Shown piece by piece: positions 1 to 8,681 of a stretch of 42,065 bases of DNA. Within the stretch, counting starts at the first letter, position 1. The number at the start of each line of letters is the position of its first letter. The DNA lies in NCBI GenBank assembly GCA_041577295.1, contig JBFGJG010000035.1, positions 1-42,065 on the forward strand, given 5' to 3'. Position numbers and translations under genes: made by a program. The DNA is from Gemmatimonadales bacterium (lineage in GTDB: Bacteria > Gemmatimonadota > Gemmatimonadetes > Gemmatimonadales > GWC2-71-9). The notes under the pieces were generated by a model, which had not been told where the DNA came from, made no database searches, and saw nothing but the letters and a program-made list of their open reading frames with translations.

Positions 1-93
1 CGTTAGCGGCTGCGGGGTGCGGTGGGTTGCGTGACTTTTCGGTGAGCTACTGGATGTTCTTGCCGCTTTTGCGTTGACAGTGCGGCAGTCTCA

Positions 94-741
94 TCACATG
101 CCGGGCATCTCCTTTGGGGTCTCCGTGATAGAGGAGGTCGCGTCCTTGCCGTGACCGAGCAGGACCAATTCCTCGCCCTTGTTGCCGACCCATTTTACCA
201 TGCCGAAGGGGAAAGCATCTGTCACCCACATCTCGCCGCTATTGTCCGTGGCGCGGAGATGCAGGGCCCGCATTGTCCCGGCGGGAACCGTAACGCTTTC
301 CCAACCAAGCTCCTCAGCGCCCTCGCACTTCTGAGCTAGCTCCATGGCCTGATTGTTGTTCTGCCGTTGCATCATGTTGAGCATCTGGGGGGGCATCTTC
401 ATCGCCGGCTGATCGCCCATCTTCATGATCATGCCTTTGACATCGGAGGTTTCGTATGGATAACCGGGAACGAGCAACTGCGAGATGAACGCACCCTGGG
501 TCGTATTCATCTTGATTTCGAACCAGTAGTGGTCTGACCCTGCCGTCTGTTCCGTCCCAACGATCGCGAAACGCATGTCGGCCTTGCCACCGGGAATTTG
601 GTCCGCCTTCATCTCGTACTGGACCCACTGGCCCACTGTGACCTTCCCGAGGGCCTGACAGAGATCGGCGACGCTTTGCGCTTGGAGGGAAACCGGGGTG
701 ATCGTGGCGACCGTCAGAGCGGCCGCGAGGACCTTTCGCAT
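94..741 (-). CDS. Secreted hypothetical protein (215 aa)
   Basis: Strong RBS (AAGGAG) before ATG 741; Sec-type signal peptide MRKVLAAALTVAT...LQA; C-terminal ESVTVPAGT motif seen in DUF3108-like beta-rich proteins (family assignment tentative). Confidence 0.8.
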   Translation of the reverse strand: MRKVLAAALTVATITPVSLQAQSVADLCQALGKVTVGQWVQYEMKADQIPGGKADMRFAIVGTEQTAGSDHYWFEIKMNTTQGAFISQLLVPGYPYETSDVKGMIMKMGDQPAMKMPPQMLNMMQRQNNNQAMELAQKCEGAEELGWESVTVPAGTMRALHLRATDNSGEMWVTDAFPFGMVKWVGNKGEELVLLGHGKDATSSITETPKEMPGM

Positions 742-912
742 GGTGTCTCCTTAGTCAAACGAAATGCCTGACCCAGAAAAGTAACTACAGTCCCTTCCGC
801 CACCTACCACCCCAACCGAGCGGCAGAGGTGTTCTGCTCGCTCCCATTCCCTGGCTCGGGCGGGGCTGGCGACGTAGGATACACAAACGACCTTGCCAAT
901 CCCGAGGACCGC

Positions 913-2319
913 ATGACCGCAACCGAAGCAACGACGCGCACGGAACGTGACAGCATGGGAACGATTGACGTCCCGTCCGACCGCTACTGGGGTGCGCAGA
1001 CCGCGCGCTCGCTCATTCACTTTGCGATTGGTCGCGACCGCATGCCACTCGAGATCATCCGGGCCTTTGGGACGCTCAAGAAGGCAGCTGCACTGACCAA
1101 CCGGGCATTGGGCGTGTTGGATGACAAGCGTGCGCGGCTGATCATACAGGCGGCAGATGAGGTCATCGCGGGAAAGCTGGACGAGCACTTTCCACTGTAC
1201 GTCTGGCAGACTGGGAGCGGCACCCAGTCCAACATGAACGCCAACGAGGTCATCGCCAACCGGGCCATCGAGTTGGCGGGTGGAGAAAAGGGGAGCAAGG
1301 ACCCTATCCACCCCAACGATCACGTCAACATGTCGCAGTCGTCGAACGACACGTTTCCCACAGCGATGCACATCGCTGCGGCTCAATTGACAACGGGCCG
1401 CGTCCTCCCGGCTGTGCGCCACCTCCGTGACGCGTTGGCGGAAAAGGCCCAGGAGTTTGAACCGATCGTCAAAATCGGGCGTACGCATTTGCAGGACGCC
1501 GTGCCGCTTACGCTCGGGCAGGAGTTCTCGGGCTACGTGGCGCAACTCGACGACGACCTCGCGCGCATCGAGTCCATCGTCGGTGGCCTTTACCGGTTGG
1601 CGATCGGTGGCACCGCGGTCGGGACCGGGCTCAACGCACCCAAAGGTTTCGCCGAGCAGTGCGCGGCGCACATCGCCAAGCTGACCGCGCTCCCGTTTAC
1701 ATCCGCCCCAAACAAGTTTGCCGAGCTGGCTGCTCATGACGCGCTCGTCATGGCACACAGCGCGCTACGTGTGCTCGCGTGTTCCCTGATGAAAATCGCC
1801 AACGATATCCGATGGGCCGGCTCGGGACCTCGCTCGGGGCTCGGAGAGCTCATCCTGCCGGCTAACGAGCCTGGTTCATCCATCATGCCCGGCAAGGTCA
1901 ACCCCACACAGTGCGAGGCGATGACGATGGTCGCTGCGCAGGTGCTCGGCAACGACGCTGCCATCGGTTTTGGCGGGTCGCAGGGGAACTTCGAGCTCAA
2001 CGTCTTCAAGCCGATGATGATCTTCAACTTCGTGAATTCGGCTGTCATGCTGAGCGATGCATGCGACTCGTTCCGGAAGTACCTCGTCGAGGGTCTGCGA
2101 GCGAACGAGCAACGGATTGCTGAACACGTTGAGAACTCGCTCATGCTGGTCACCGCCCTGACGCCGAAGATTGGCTACGATAAGGCCGCGGAGATCGCAA
2201 AGAAGGCGGACAAGGAAGGAACCACGCTCAAGCAGGCCGCACTCGCGCTCGGTTACCTCAGTGAGCGGGAGTTCGACGCCACAGTGAAGCCAAAGGACAT
2301 GGCGTACCCAACGGACTGA
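913..2319 (+). CDS. fumC: Class II fumarate hydratase
   Basis: N-terminal [34 protein letters not shown] and signature [10 protein letters not shown]; start reassigned to ATG 913 with GAGG RBS. Confidence 0.97.
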   Translation: MTATEATTRTERDSMGTIDVPSDRYWGAQTARSLIHFAIGRDRMPLEIIRAFGTLKKAAALTNRALGVLDDKRARLIIQAADEVIAGKLDEHFPLYVWQTGSGTQSNMNANEVIANRAIELAGGEKGSKDPIHPNDHVNMSQSSNDTFPTAMHIAAAQLTTGRVLPAVRHLRDALAEKAQEFEPIVKIGRTHLQDAVPLTLGQEFSGYVAQLDDDLARIESIVGGLYRLAIGGTAVGTGLNAPKGFAEQCAAHIAKLTALPFTSAPNKFAELAAHDALVMAHSALRVLACSLMKIANDIRWAGSGPRSGLGELILPANEPGSSIMPGKVNPTQCEAMTMVAAQVLGNDAAIGFGGSQGNFELNVFKPMMIFNFVNSAVMLSDACDSFRKYLVEGLRANEQRIAEHVENSLMLVTALTPKIGYDKAAEIAKKADKEGTTLKQAALALGYLSEREFDATVKPKDMAYPTD

Positions 2320-2366
2320 ATCTTCGCGCTTCACCACTGGCTGCCAATTTGGCCTGACATTCAGTT

Positions 2367-2382
2367 TGTGACGAACGTCACT
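2367..2382. promoter_or_regulatory. Candidate CRP/FNR-family operator next to a putative -35 (TTGCAC)
   Basis: TGTGA-CGAACG-TCACT is a 9/10 match to TGTGA-N6-TCACA; it overlaps TTGCAC (2382-2387), with CATTTT 18 nt downstream. Confidence 0.45.
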
Positions 2383-2623
2383 TGCACGAAGCGGACGTGG
2401 GTGGTCATTTTTGGGGCGGGAGTTCGGGGTGCGGTTCTGGGGACAACAACGAGCGGAGTCGGTTTGGTTGTTCTGCGGTCCACGTTTATCAGGTGGTGTC
2501 GTGTCGTGCGATCGGGTTTCTACGTGTCGACCCGCATCGCTCCCCCTGATGTGTCGCTAGCCCTTCCCTTCCACACCACCGCAGACACTCTCACGAATCA
2601 GCCATCTCTTCTAGGAGGATAGG

Positions 2624-4132
2624 ATGAGCAGTATGAAACGCTGGCTCGCGTCCGGACTGGTAGTTCTGTTCGTACTCGGATGCGGGGAGCGAGGCGACGA
2701 GACCCAGACCATGCAGTCTGCGCTCGATGCCGTGACCATGATGGTCATGCCTGTGACCACGGGCTCGGACGGCGCGCGCAATCACTTCATGCAAGGGCAA
2801 CAGGCGATGGATGTCGGGCGGTTCATCGAAGCGAACGCCCACTTTGAGCAGGCGATCACCGCCGATCCGACATTCGCCTACGGGTACTTGCGGACTGCGC
2901 AGACGGCGTCATCACTCGACGAGTACCGGACCAACCTCGAGCTGGCCGAGCGCAACGCGGGAACGGCCAGTCAAGCGGAGCAGATCCTGATCCGCATCGA
3001 GCGCAAGGGATTCGAGAACGACACTGAAGAGCAGCTCGAGCTGGCCAAACAACTCACCGAGATGCAGGCGTCGAGCCCTCGTGCGTGGCTCACACTGGCC
3101 GGCGTTCAGACCAGCATGGACCGAAACCAAGATGCGCGGGCCTCTATTGGCAAGGCGCTGGAGCTGGCGCCGCGGTTGCTGGTGGCGCACACTCAACTCG
3201 GCAATTCGTTCCTCTTCACCGAACCGCGCGACTTTGCGCAGGCCGAACGGCACTTCCGGCACGCGGTCGAGATGGCCCCCAACGAACAGGCCATGCACGA
3301 CTTTTTGGGAGACGCGCTCCGCGCGCAGGGCAAGCTGGAGGAAGCACGCGCCGAGTACACCCGTGCGCACGAGCTGGATCCGGACAACGCTTCACCCCTC
3401 CAGCAACGTGGACACGTGAATTCGTTCTTGGGCAACTACTCCGCCGCACGCGCTGACTATGACTCGGCAATCGCACGGGGCAAGGCGAATCAGAAAGCGG
3501 CGTTTGCTCAATGGCGCGCGTACGTGCACGTGTACGAGGGCAACCCGCAGGCGGCAGTCACCGAGCTGCGTCAGCTCGTCACCAACATCGACCAGATGGA
3601 CATTCCCGAGCCACAAGGCTTAAAAATCTCGGCCCTCACCAATGCGGCGATCATCTCCGCGCACACCGGGATGCTCGATCAGGCCGGACAACTCCTGCAG
3701 CAACGGCGCCAGTTGATAATGGCACGGGCGGATCAAGTTGGTACCGAGGAGTTTCGCCGCCAGCAAGAGGCAAACATCACGTATTTCGATGCCTGGCTCG
3801 CAGCGAAGCGTGGCAACTACCAGCGAGCACGGCAGCTGACCGATCGTTTGACGACGCTGGTGGAGCCCGACATGAACCCCCGCAAGATGGAAGGCGTACA
3901 CGAGCTGATGGGGTACATCGACCTCTATCAGGGGAAACACGCCTCAGCCGCGACGCATCTCAAGCAGGGCAATCTGAACAACATTTACACGAAATTCGCC
4001 CTGGCGCAGGCTGAGGAAGGAGCCGGCAACACGGAAGAGGCCATGCGGCTCTATCGGGACGTGGCGACGAACAACTTCAACAGCGTCGGCTACGCCTTGG
4101 TACGCAAAGACGCCATGCAAAAAGCTGGCTAA
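2624..4132 (+). CDS. Tetratricopeptide-repeat lipoprotein
   Basis: AGGAGG RBS; lipobox VLGC after a hydrophobic stretch; multiple TPR motifs (e.g. AHFEQAITADP, LGDALRAQGKLEEARAEYTRAHELDP). Confidence 0.9.
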   Translation: MSSMKRWLASGLVVLFVLGCGERGDETQTMQSALDAVTMMVMPVTTGSDGARNHFMQGQQAMDVGRFIEANAHFEQAITADPTFAYGYLRTAQTASSLDEYRTNLELAERNAGTASQAEQILIRIERKGFENDTEEQLELAKQLTEMQASSPRAWLTLAGVQTSMDRNQDARASIGKALELAPRLLVAHTQLGNSFLFTEPRDFAQAERHFRHAVEMAPNEQAMHDFLGDALRAQGKLEEARAEYTRAHELDPDNASPLQQRGHVNSFLGNYSAARADYDSAIARGKANQKAAFAQWRAYVHVYEGNPQAAVTELRQLVTNIDQMDIPEPQGLKISALTNAAIISAHTGMLDQAGQLLQQRRQLIMARADQVGTEEFRRQQEANITYFDAWLAAKRGNYQRARQLTDRLTTLVEPDMNPRKMEGVHELMGYIDLYQGKHASAATHLKQGNLNNIYTKFALAQAEEGAGNTEEAMRLYRDVATNNFNSVGYALVRKDAMQKAG

Positions 4133-4160
4133 ACCGAACGAGCGGTTCTCGAGGCACCCG

Positions 4161-4201
4161 CACGGGGGCTCGGATACGATTCCGAGCCCTCGTGTGTTTT
4201 T
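4161..4201 (+). terminator. Rho-independent terminator of the TPR gene
   Basis: 14-bp stem CACGGGGGCTCGGA/TCCGAGCCCTCGTG (one G-U pair), 6-nt loop, followed by TGTTTTT. Confidence 0.8.
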
Positions 4202-4339
4202 AATGGCGTCGCAAAGTGGAACCGGGTCAGAGTTGCCGGTTGCCAACCGTCGTGATTGACGGAACCTTTGGTATCTCTGGGTGTTGAGGTGCAGGAACAC
4301 CACGTGAACCGGCGGCAGACAGCAAACCCGGGAGCACAG

Positions 4340-5140
4340 ATGCTCAAGCGGCTCGCCTCCTCGTTGGTCACCGTGCTCATCGCCGGTGCCTGCTCGGCGC
4401 CGGTTCCCCAGGATGAACCGGCCGAAGACAGAGATCTGACATTAGCACCTGTTGAACAGACCACGCCGATGTTCAACGATCGGGCGCAAGCACAGCCTGC
4501 CCGCATTGGCGACGCACCGCGCGCCACGATTGCCCCACGCATCCCGCTGGCGACGCTCCCCGAGAATCGCGAGACAAATCCGGCAGCCGACCCCGAGTTG
4601 GAAGCAGGCGAGCAACCTACCGAGCCGGCCACACTGGCTGAGCCGCCGGCTCCCCCGTCCCTCGGTGGTGGGTACTCGCTCAACCTGGCGATTCTGGAAA
4701 CCATCGATACGGGTGAGCAAGGCATCGGGTCCCCAGTGGCAGCGACGCTTCGTTCACCTGTCTTCAACGAGCATGGTGATCTCGTGATCCCGGCGGGCGC
4801 TGTCTTCCGGGGCACCATCACCGAGGTGTCGCCGTACGAGGGACGTGTCGATCTCGCGTTCACGCGCGTTGAGTTCAATGAGGCCGAGTACCCAGTAGAG
4901 ACAGTCACCGCATCGGTCACTGACGAGGACGACGAGAGCGACCAGCCGTCCGACGATTTGGCGATCGGCGGCTTGGGCACGGGCATCGCGATCGTCGATA
5001 CGCGCGGAGAGGGAATAGGCCGGTCACCGGATGGCCCGGTGGTGGTCATCAGCGGAGGGACAGGCGTCACCTGTGACGCGCCGCGTGACTTCTTTCCCTT
5101 CGGGGGGTGGACGTTGCGCAGCTTCTGGGCTCGCCCTTAG
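4340..5140 (+). CDS. Hypothetical lipoprotein: Pro/Glu-rich linker plus TrbI/VirB10-like beta domain
   Basis: ATG 4340 with GGAG RBS; lipobox-like IAGAC; motif TIDT..GSPVAATL..PV...DLVIPAGAVFRGTITEV typical of VirB10/TrbI-like folds. Confidence 0.65.
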   Translation: MLKRLASSLVTVLIAGACSAPVPQDEPAEDRDLTLAPVEQTTPMFNDRAQAQPARIGDAPRATIAPRIPLATLPENRETNPAADPELEAGEQPTEPATLAEPPAPPSLGGGYSLNLAILETIDTGEQGIGSPVAATLRSPVFNEHGDLVIPAGAVFRGTITEVSPYEGRVDLAFTRVEFNEAEYPVETVTASVTDEDDESDQPSDDLAIGGLGTGIAIVDTRGEGIGRSPDGPVVVISGGTGVTCDAPRDFFPFGGWTLRSFWARP

Positions 5141-5149
5141 AACAGCAGC

Positions 5150-6655
5150 ATGTGGTCGCGACTCTCACTCGAGCGGGGCGTGGAATCGCCCCGTTTTGTG
5201 TTGGTCACTGCGACGATGCTCCTCACGTGTCTTGGTCAGCACGCCTTCGCGCAGACCAGCCTCCACGATGCCGCAAGCGCTGGCGACACGATTCGGCTCG
5301 TCGCCGTGCTCGACAGTGGCGCGGCGCTCGAGGGTCGTGACGAGCGACGGCGCACGGCCCTCCACCTTGCCGCTCAGTTTGGGCGCGTTGACGCAGCGGC
5401 GCTGCTGCTGAATTGGGGGGCAGATCCCGCAGCAACCGATGTTCGCCGCCAAACACCGCTTCACCTCGCCGCACTCAACGCACACGCCACGCTGGTCAGT
5501 CTGTTGCTCGACCATGGAGCTGACATCGAGGCGTCTCAGAGCGAGCGTGAAACACCGCTGCACTACGCAGCGCGGTCGGGCGACAACAGGGTGTTGGAGC
5601 GTCTGCTAGCACGCGGCGCCAACGTGGAAGCTCAGGAGTTTCGCGGTCTCCGCCCGCTTCATCTGGCCGCACAACTCGGACACGACCATCTGGTTGAGGT
5701 GCTGCTCGCCGCCGGCGCAACCATCAATCCTGGCGAGACGGGCGCTACCCCCGTCGACTTGGCTCGTCTCAAGGGACACGACGAAGTCGTTCGACTGTTG
5801 GAGGCCTACGGTGCTCGGGCGCTGACGACGGCTTCGGGAGTGCTCCCGACGCCGGCCCGCGCAGCACCCACGGCCATCTTGTCGGCGGATCAACTGCACT
5901 TCGCCATCGCACAGGGGGATCTCGAACGGGTCGCCGCGCTGGTGCACGCGGGTGCCGATCTCGCGCTCCGGGATGCCGAGGGTGCCGCACCAGTCCACAT
6001 GGCGGCACGGCACGGACACGCCACCATCACCGAGTTCTTGTTGGAACGAGGAGCGCCAGTCGATGCCGTGGACAGCTCCGGCGCTTCACCGCTCCACCTC
6101 GCCGCAGCGGCAGGGCACATCGCGGTCGTCACCGAGCTGCTCGATCATGAGGCCGATCTCACCGCAACGACCCTGGCAGAGCGCACACCTCTTCACTTGG
6201 CAGCGGCGGAAGGTCACCTCACCGTGGCGGGAATGCTGGTGGCGAGGGGTGCTGACGTCACGCACTCGGACGCAGGCGGTCGCACGCCGTTACACCTCGC
6301 CGCGCTCGAGAATCACCCATCCATCGTTCAGCTGCTGCTCGATGCCGGTGCGGAGGTCGATGCTCGGCGTTTCCGACGGTGGACGGCGCTCCACCTGGCT
6401 GTCCGCTATCGGCACCGCGAGGTTGCGGAGTTGTTGCTCACGCGCGGAGCGAGTGTGAATGCGAGGCAAGGGGATGGATTCACACCGCTGCACCTCGCCG
6501 CCCTGAACGGCGATCTCTCGATGACCCGGCTTCTGCTCGCATACGGAGCCGATCTCTTCGCGCGGGAAGCCCGCGCACGAACCCCGCGAGATGTTGCCGA
6601 GGAGCGAGGCCGGACCGAGATCGTGCGCGTCCTGTCCCAGCGAGCGCTACAGTAG
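5150..6655 (+). CDS. Secreted ankyrin-repeat protein (14 repeats in blocks of 6 and 8)
   Basis: Repeated TPLHLAA...G consensus; N-terminal signal peptide ending AFA-Q; exact start uncertain. Confidence 0.92.
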   Translation: MWSRLSLERGVESPRFVLVTATMLLTCLGQHAFAQTSLHDAASAGDTIRLVAVLDSGAALEGRDERRRTALHLAAQFGRVDAAALLLNWGADPAATDVRRQTPLHLAALNAHATLVSLLLDHGADIEASQSERETPLHYAARSGDNRVLERLLARGANVEAQEFRGLRPLHLAAQLGHDHLVEVLLAAGATINPGETGATPVDLARLKGHDEVVRLLEAYGARALTTASGVLPTPARAAPTAILSADQLHFAIAQGDLERVAALVHAGADLALRDAEGAAPVHMAARHGHATITEFLLERGAPVDAVDSSGASPLHLAAAAGHIAVVTELLDHEADLTATTLAERTPLHLAAAEGHLTVAGMLVARGADVTHSDAGGRTPLHLAALENHPSIVQLLLDAGAEVDARRFRRWTALHLAVRYRHREVAELLLTRGASVNARQGDGFTPLHLAALNGDLSMTRLLLAYGADLFAREARARTPRDVAEERGRTEIVRVLSQRALQ

Positions 6656-6675
6656 CGTACGCAGCCGCTCTTCCG

Positions 6676-7776
6676 TTACCACTCTTCCGCGATAACCCGT
6701 ACCAGGTCGCTGAGCGCAACCAAGTCACGCAGGTCGATCACCTCAACCGGTGAGTGTGAGTACCTGAGCGGCCAGCCGATGGGAACGTCTACCACACCCC
6801 ACGGGGTGAAGGCGGCGCCGTCGTTCCCGCCGTTGGTGGTTCCAACCTGCAGGGTGACCCCGTGTTTGGCGGCGAGCGAGCGAAGCGTGTCCAGCACCGC
6901 CGGTGGTGTCACCGAAGAGTTGTCGACGGCACGGGCCACCGGTCCTTCGCCGATGGGTTGGGCGGCAAAGTTTCTCAGATCGTGCGGACCGTCCGCCGAG
7001 ACGAAGGTGTCCACCGGATGCACGCGCACCGCTCGGGTGCCGAGCTCCTGAGCCGCACGTGAAGCACCAACGAGCCCGATCTCTTCGCGAGTCACCCACA
7101 AAAACACCACTTCGTGATCGAGCTTCGACCGATCGAGCGCCTGTAACGCAAGAACTTGTGCCGCCGATCCTACGCGGTCGTCGAACGAACGCGCCGTCAC
7201 CCGGGTCCCCCGCAACCGCGTAAACGCCTTGGGATTGGTCACCATCTGACCCGGCTCAATGCCAAGCGCTTGGGTGGCGGCTCGTGAGCGCGTTCCGACG
7301 TCGACGCGAAATCCATCCGACGCGTTGCGGCGCGGACTGGGTCCAACGCTGTCGCGCGGCGTGAACACGCCGGGGACCGGACCAGCAGGGGTGTGCACGA
7401 ACGCCGGCGTCGCTTCCCACAACCACGGGAGAAAACCGCCCTGCCGACTCAGCGACAGGGTGCCGTCTTCCAGTACGGACTCCACCCGGAAGCCGGTCTC
7501 GTCGAGGTGGGCGACAAACACGACGACCGGATCACCCTCCCCGACTCGAACCCACAGGTTGCCGGCCGTATCGACCCGCGATTCAGCCCAAGACGGTAGG
7601 TGCCGAACAACGACGTCTCGCACGCGACCCTCATCACCGGAGACGCCATACGTTTCGACCAACTCCTGTAAGAGCGAACCTGCGTGCGCGAGTCGTGTTT
7701 CTTGCTGTGCGGTCGCTGTGCTGCTGACGGTCAAGCCAATGGCGACGAGAACGGCACCAACACCGTGGATGGTCAT
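6676..7776 (-). CDS. Exported M42-family metallo-aminopeptidase, catalytic motifs intact
   Basis: AHLDE, SFDDR, REEIG, VDT and RYSHSPVE metal/catalytic motifs; own signal peptide and GGAGG RBS; ATG 7776 overlaps the upstream TGA (ATGA). Confidence 0.88.
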   Translation of the reverse strand: MTIHGVGAVLVAIGLTVSSTATAQQETRLAHAGSLLQELVETYGVSGDEGRVRDVVVRHLPSWAESRVDTAGNLWVRVGEGDPVVVFVAHLDETGFRVESVLEDGTLSLSRQGGFLPWLWEATPAFVHTPAGPVPGVFTPRDSVGPSPRRNASDGFRVDVGTRSRAATQALGIEPGQMVTNPKAFTRLRGTRVTARSFDDRVGSAAQVLALQALDRSKLDHEVVFLWVTREEIGLVGASRAAQELGTRAVRVHPVDTFVSADGPHDLRNFAAQPIGEGPVARAVDNSSVTPPAVLDTLRSLAAKHGVTLQVGTTNGGNDGAAFTPWGVVDVPIGWPLRYSHSPVEVIDLRDLVALSDLVRVIAEEW

Positions 7777-8669
7777 TGGCCACCTCCCATCCAAATTCGC
7801 AGTGCCGTCGCAAACTGCTCGACCTCAGCGAGACTCACCGTCTCGACCGGTGTGAACGGATACTGCGCGCTCAGAACCCTGGTCTCCAGGTCACCAAACA
7901 CGTCCGCAGGCATTTCGCGAGGCGACTCGTAGCCGAGAAGCAGGGTCTCTGTGAACGGACCACGTGTGTTCCCTGCTGTCAGGAGTCCGCGGTGTCGGAT
8001 CCGGCTTTCCACCGCAAAGACCGCGATGACGGTGCCACGCACGCTTCTGGGATTGATGAGCACCGACGCCAGGGCGCCACACGCGGCGCGCTGCGCTGCC
8101 CATGGTGCCGCCAGCAAGTCTGATCCGTAACGATGTGGTTGTTTGGTGAGCGCCACCGCATCGAGCGGCGTGATGCCGAGTTCTGTTACTTCTGCAGGAG
8201 ATGTCGCACCGACCTCCACGTGCGCGTCGTCGACGTGGAAGGGAGTGTCCAGATCGAGCGTTCGACCCCGTGTCAGATGGGTCGACGGGATGGCGACGAC
8301 ACCGGAAAGCGCACCGCCACGAGTCCAGACCGTCACCCGGTGTCCTTCATGCCACTGGTCGAACAGCGGGGACGGGGGTCGCCCCACACGTCGCAGCGTC
8401 AAGAACCCTTCCGGCGTGACGTTCCCCACCACATACCCGGCCTCGTCCATGGGACACACGATCAAACGCCGCGGCGCACCGGAGCCGAGCGTGACAACGA
8501 CATTCCCGGCGCGATCACGTGCACTTCCGGGTATCAGCGCGGCCACCGTATCCGCTGTGCGCTGCTCCAGCCCGGATACGGCGGTCATGCCGGTCATCCG
8601 CACCGCTAGCTCCGCGGGGCTCGAGCCACCTTGCATCGCGAAGAGCAGCACGACAGTCGCATGCAGCAT
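7773..8669 (-). CDS. Exported M42-like protein with degenerate active site (pseudopeptidase)
   Basis: M42 scaffold (VSGLE, RDRAGNVVV, MDEAGYVV, GVVAIPSTHL, TPVETV), but ligand positions read CPMDE, AQR, VES and YPF; GGAGG RBS and signal peptide. Confidence 0.78.
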   Translation of the reverse strand: MLHATVVLLFAMQGGSSPAELAVRMTGMTAVSGLEQRTADTVAALIPGSARDRAGNVVVTLGSGAPRRLIVCPMDEAGYVVGNVTPEGFLTLRRVGRPPSPLFDQWHEGHRVTVWTRGGALSGVVAIPSTHLTRGRTLDLDTPFHVDDAHVEVGATSPAEVTELGITPLDAVALTKQPHRYGSDLLAAPWAAQRAACGALASVLINPRSVRGTVIAVFAVESRIRHRGLLTAGNTRGPFTETLLLGYESPREMPADVFGDLETRVLSAQYPFTPVETVSLAEVEQFATALRIWMGGGQ

Positions 8670-8681
8670 CGAAACCTCCCT

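Noticed and set aside
1..12. CGTTAGCGGC resembling an integron attC core
   Set aside because: Imperfect GTTRRRY match at the window edge, no partner inverse core visible and no integrase in the window
755..790. TCAAACGA as a further copy of the ECF promoter
   Set aside because: No C[AG]TC -10 element at the required spacing
751..1758. 335-aa antisense ORF over fumC, and many similar antisense or alternate-frame ORFs (e.g. 4129-5070, 27838-28875, 29386-30519, 32517-33515)
   Set aside because: Shadow ORFs expected in GC-rich coding DNA; no recognisable motifs, and they overlap well-supported genes
5095..5340. Possible frameshift at the G6 run (5102-5107) extending the VirB10-like protein into VDVAQLLGSPLE
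   Set aside because: The shifted frame would overlap the ankyrin gene by about 190 nt, while the unshifted stop sits neatly 9 bp before the next gene; only read or homolog data could revive it
7773..7776. M42 gene split as a sequencing frameshift or pseudogene
   Set aside because: The second ORF has its own RBS and signal peptide and a canonical ATGA overlap
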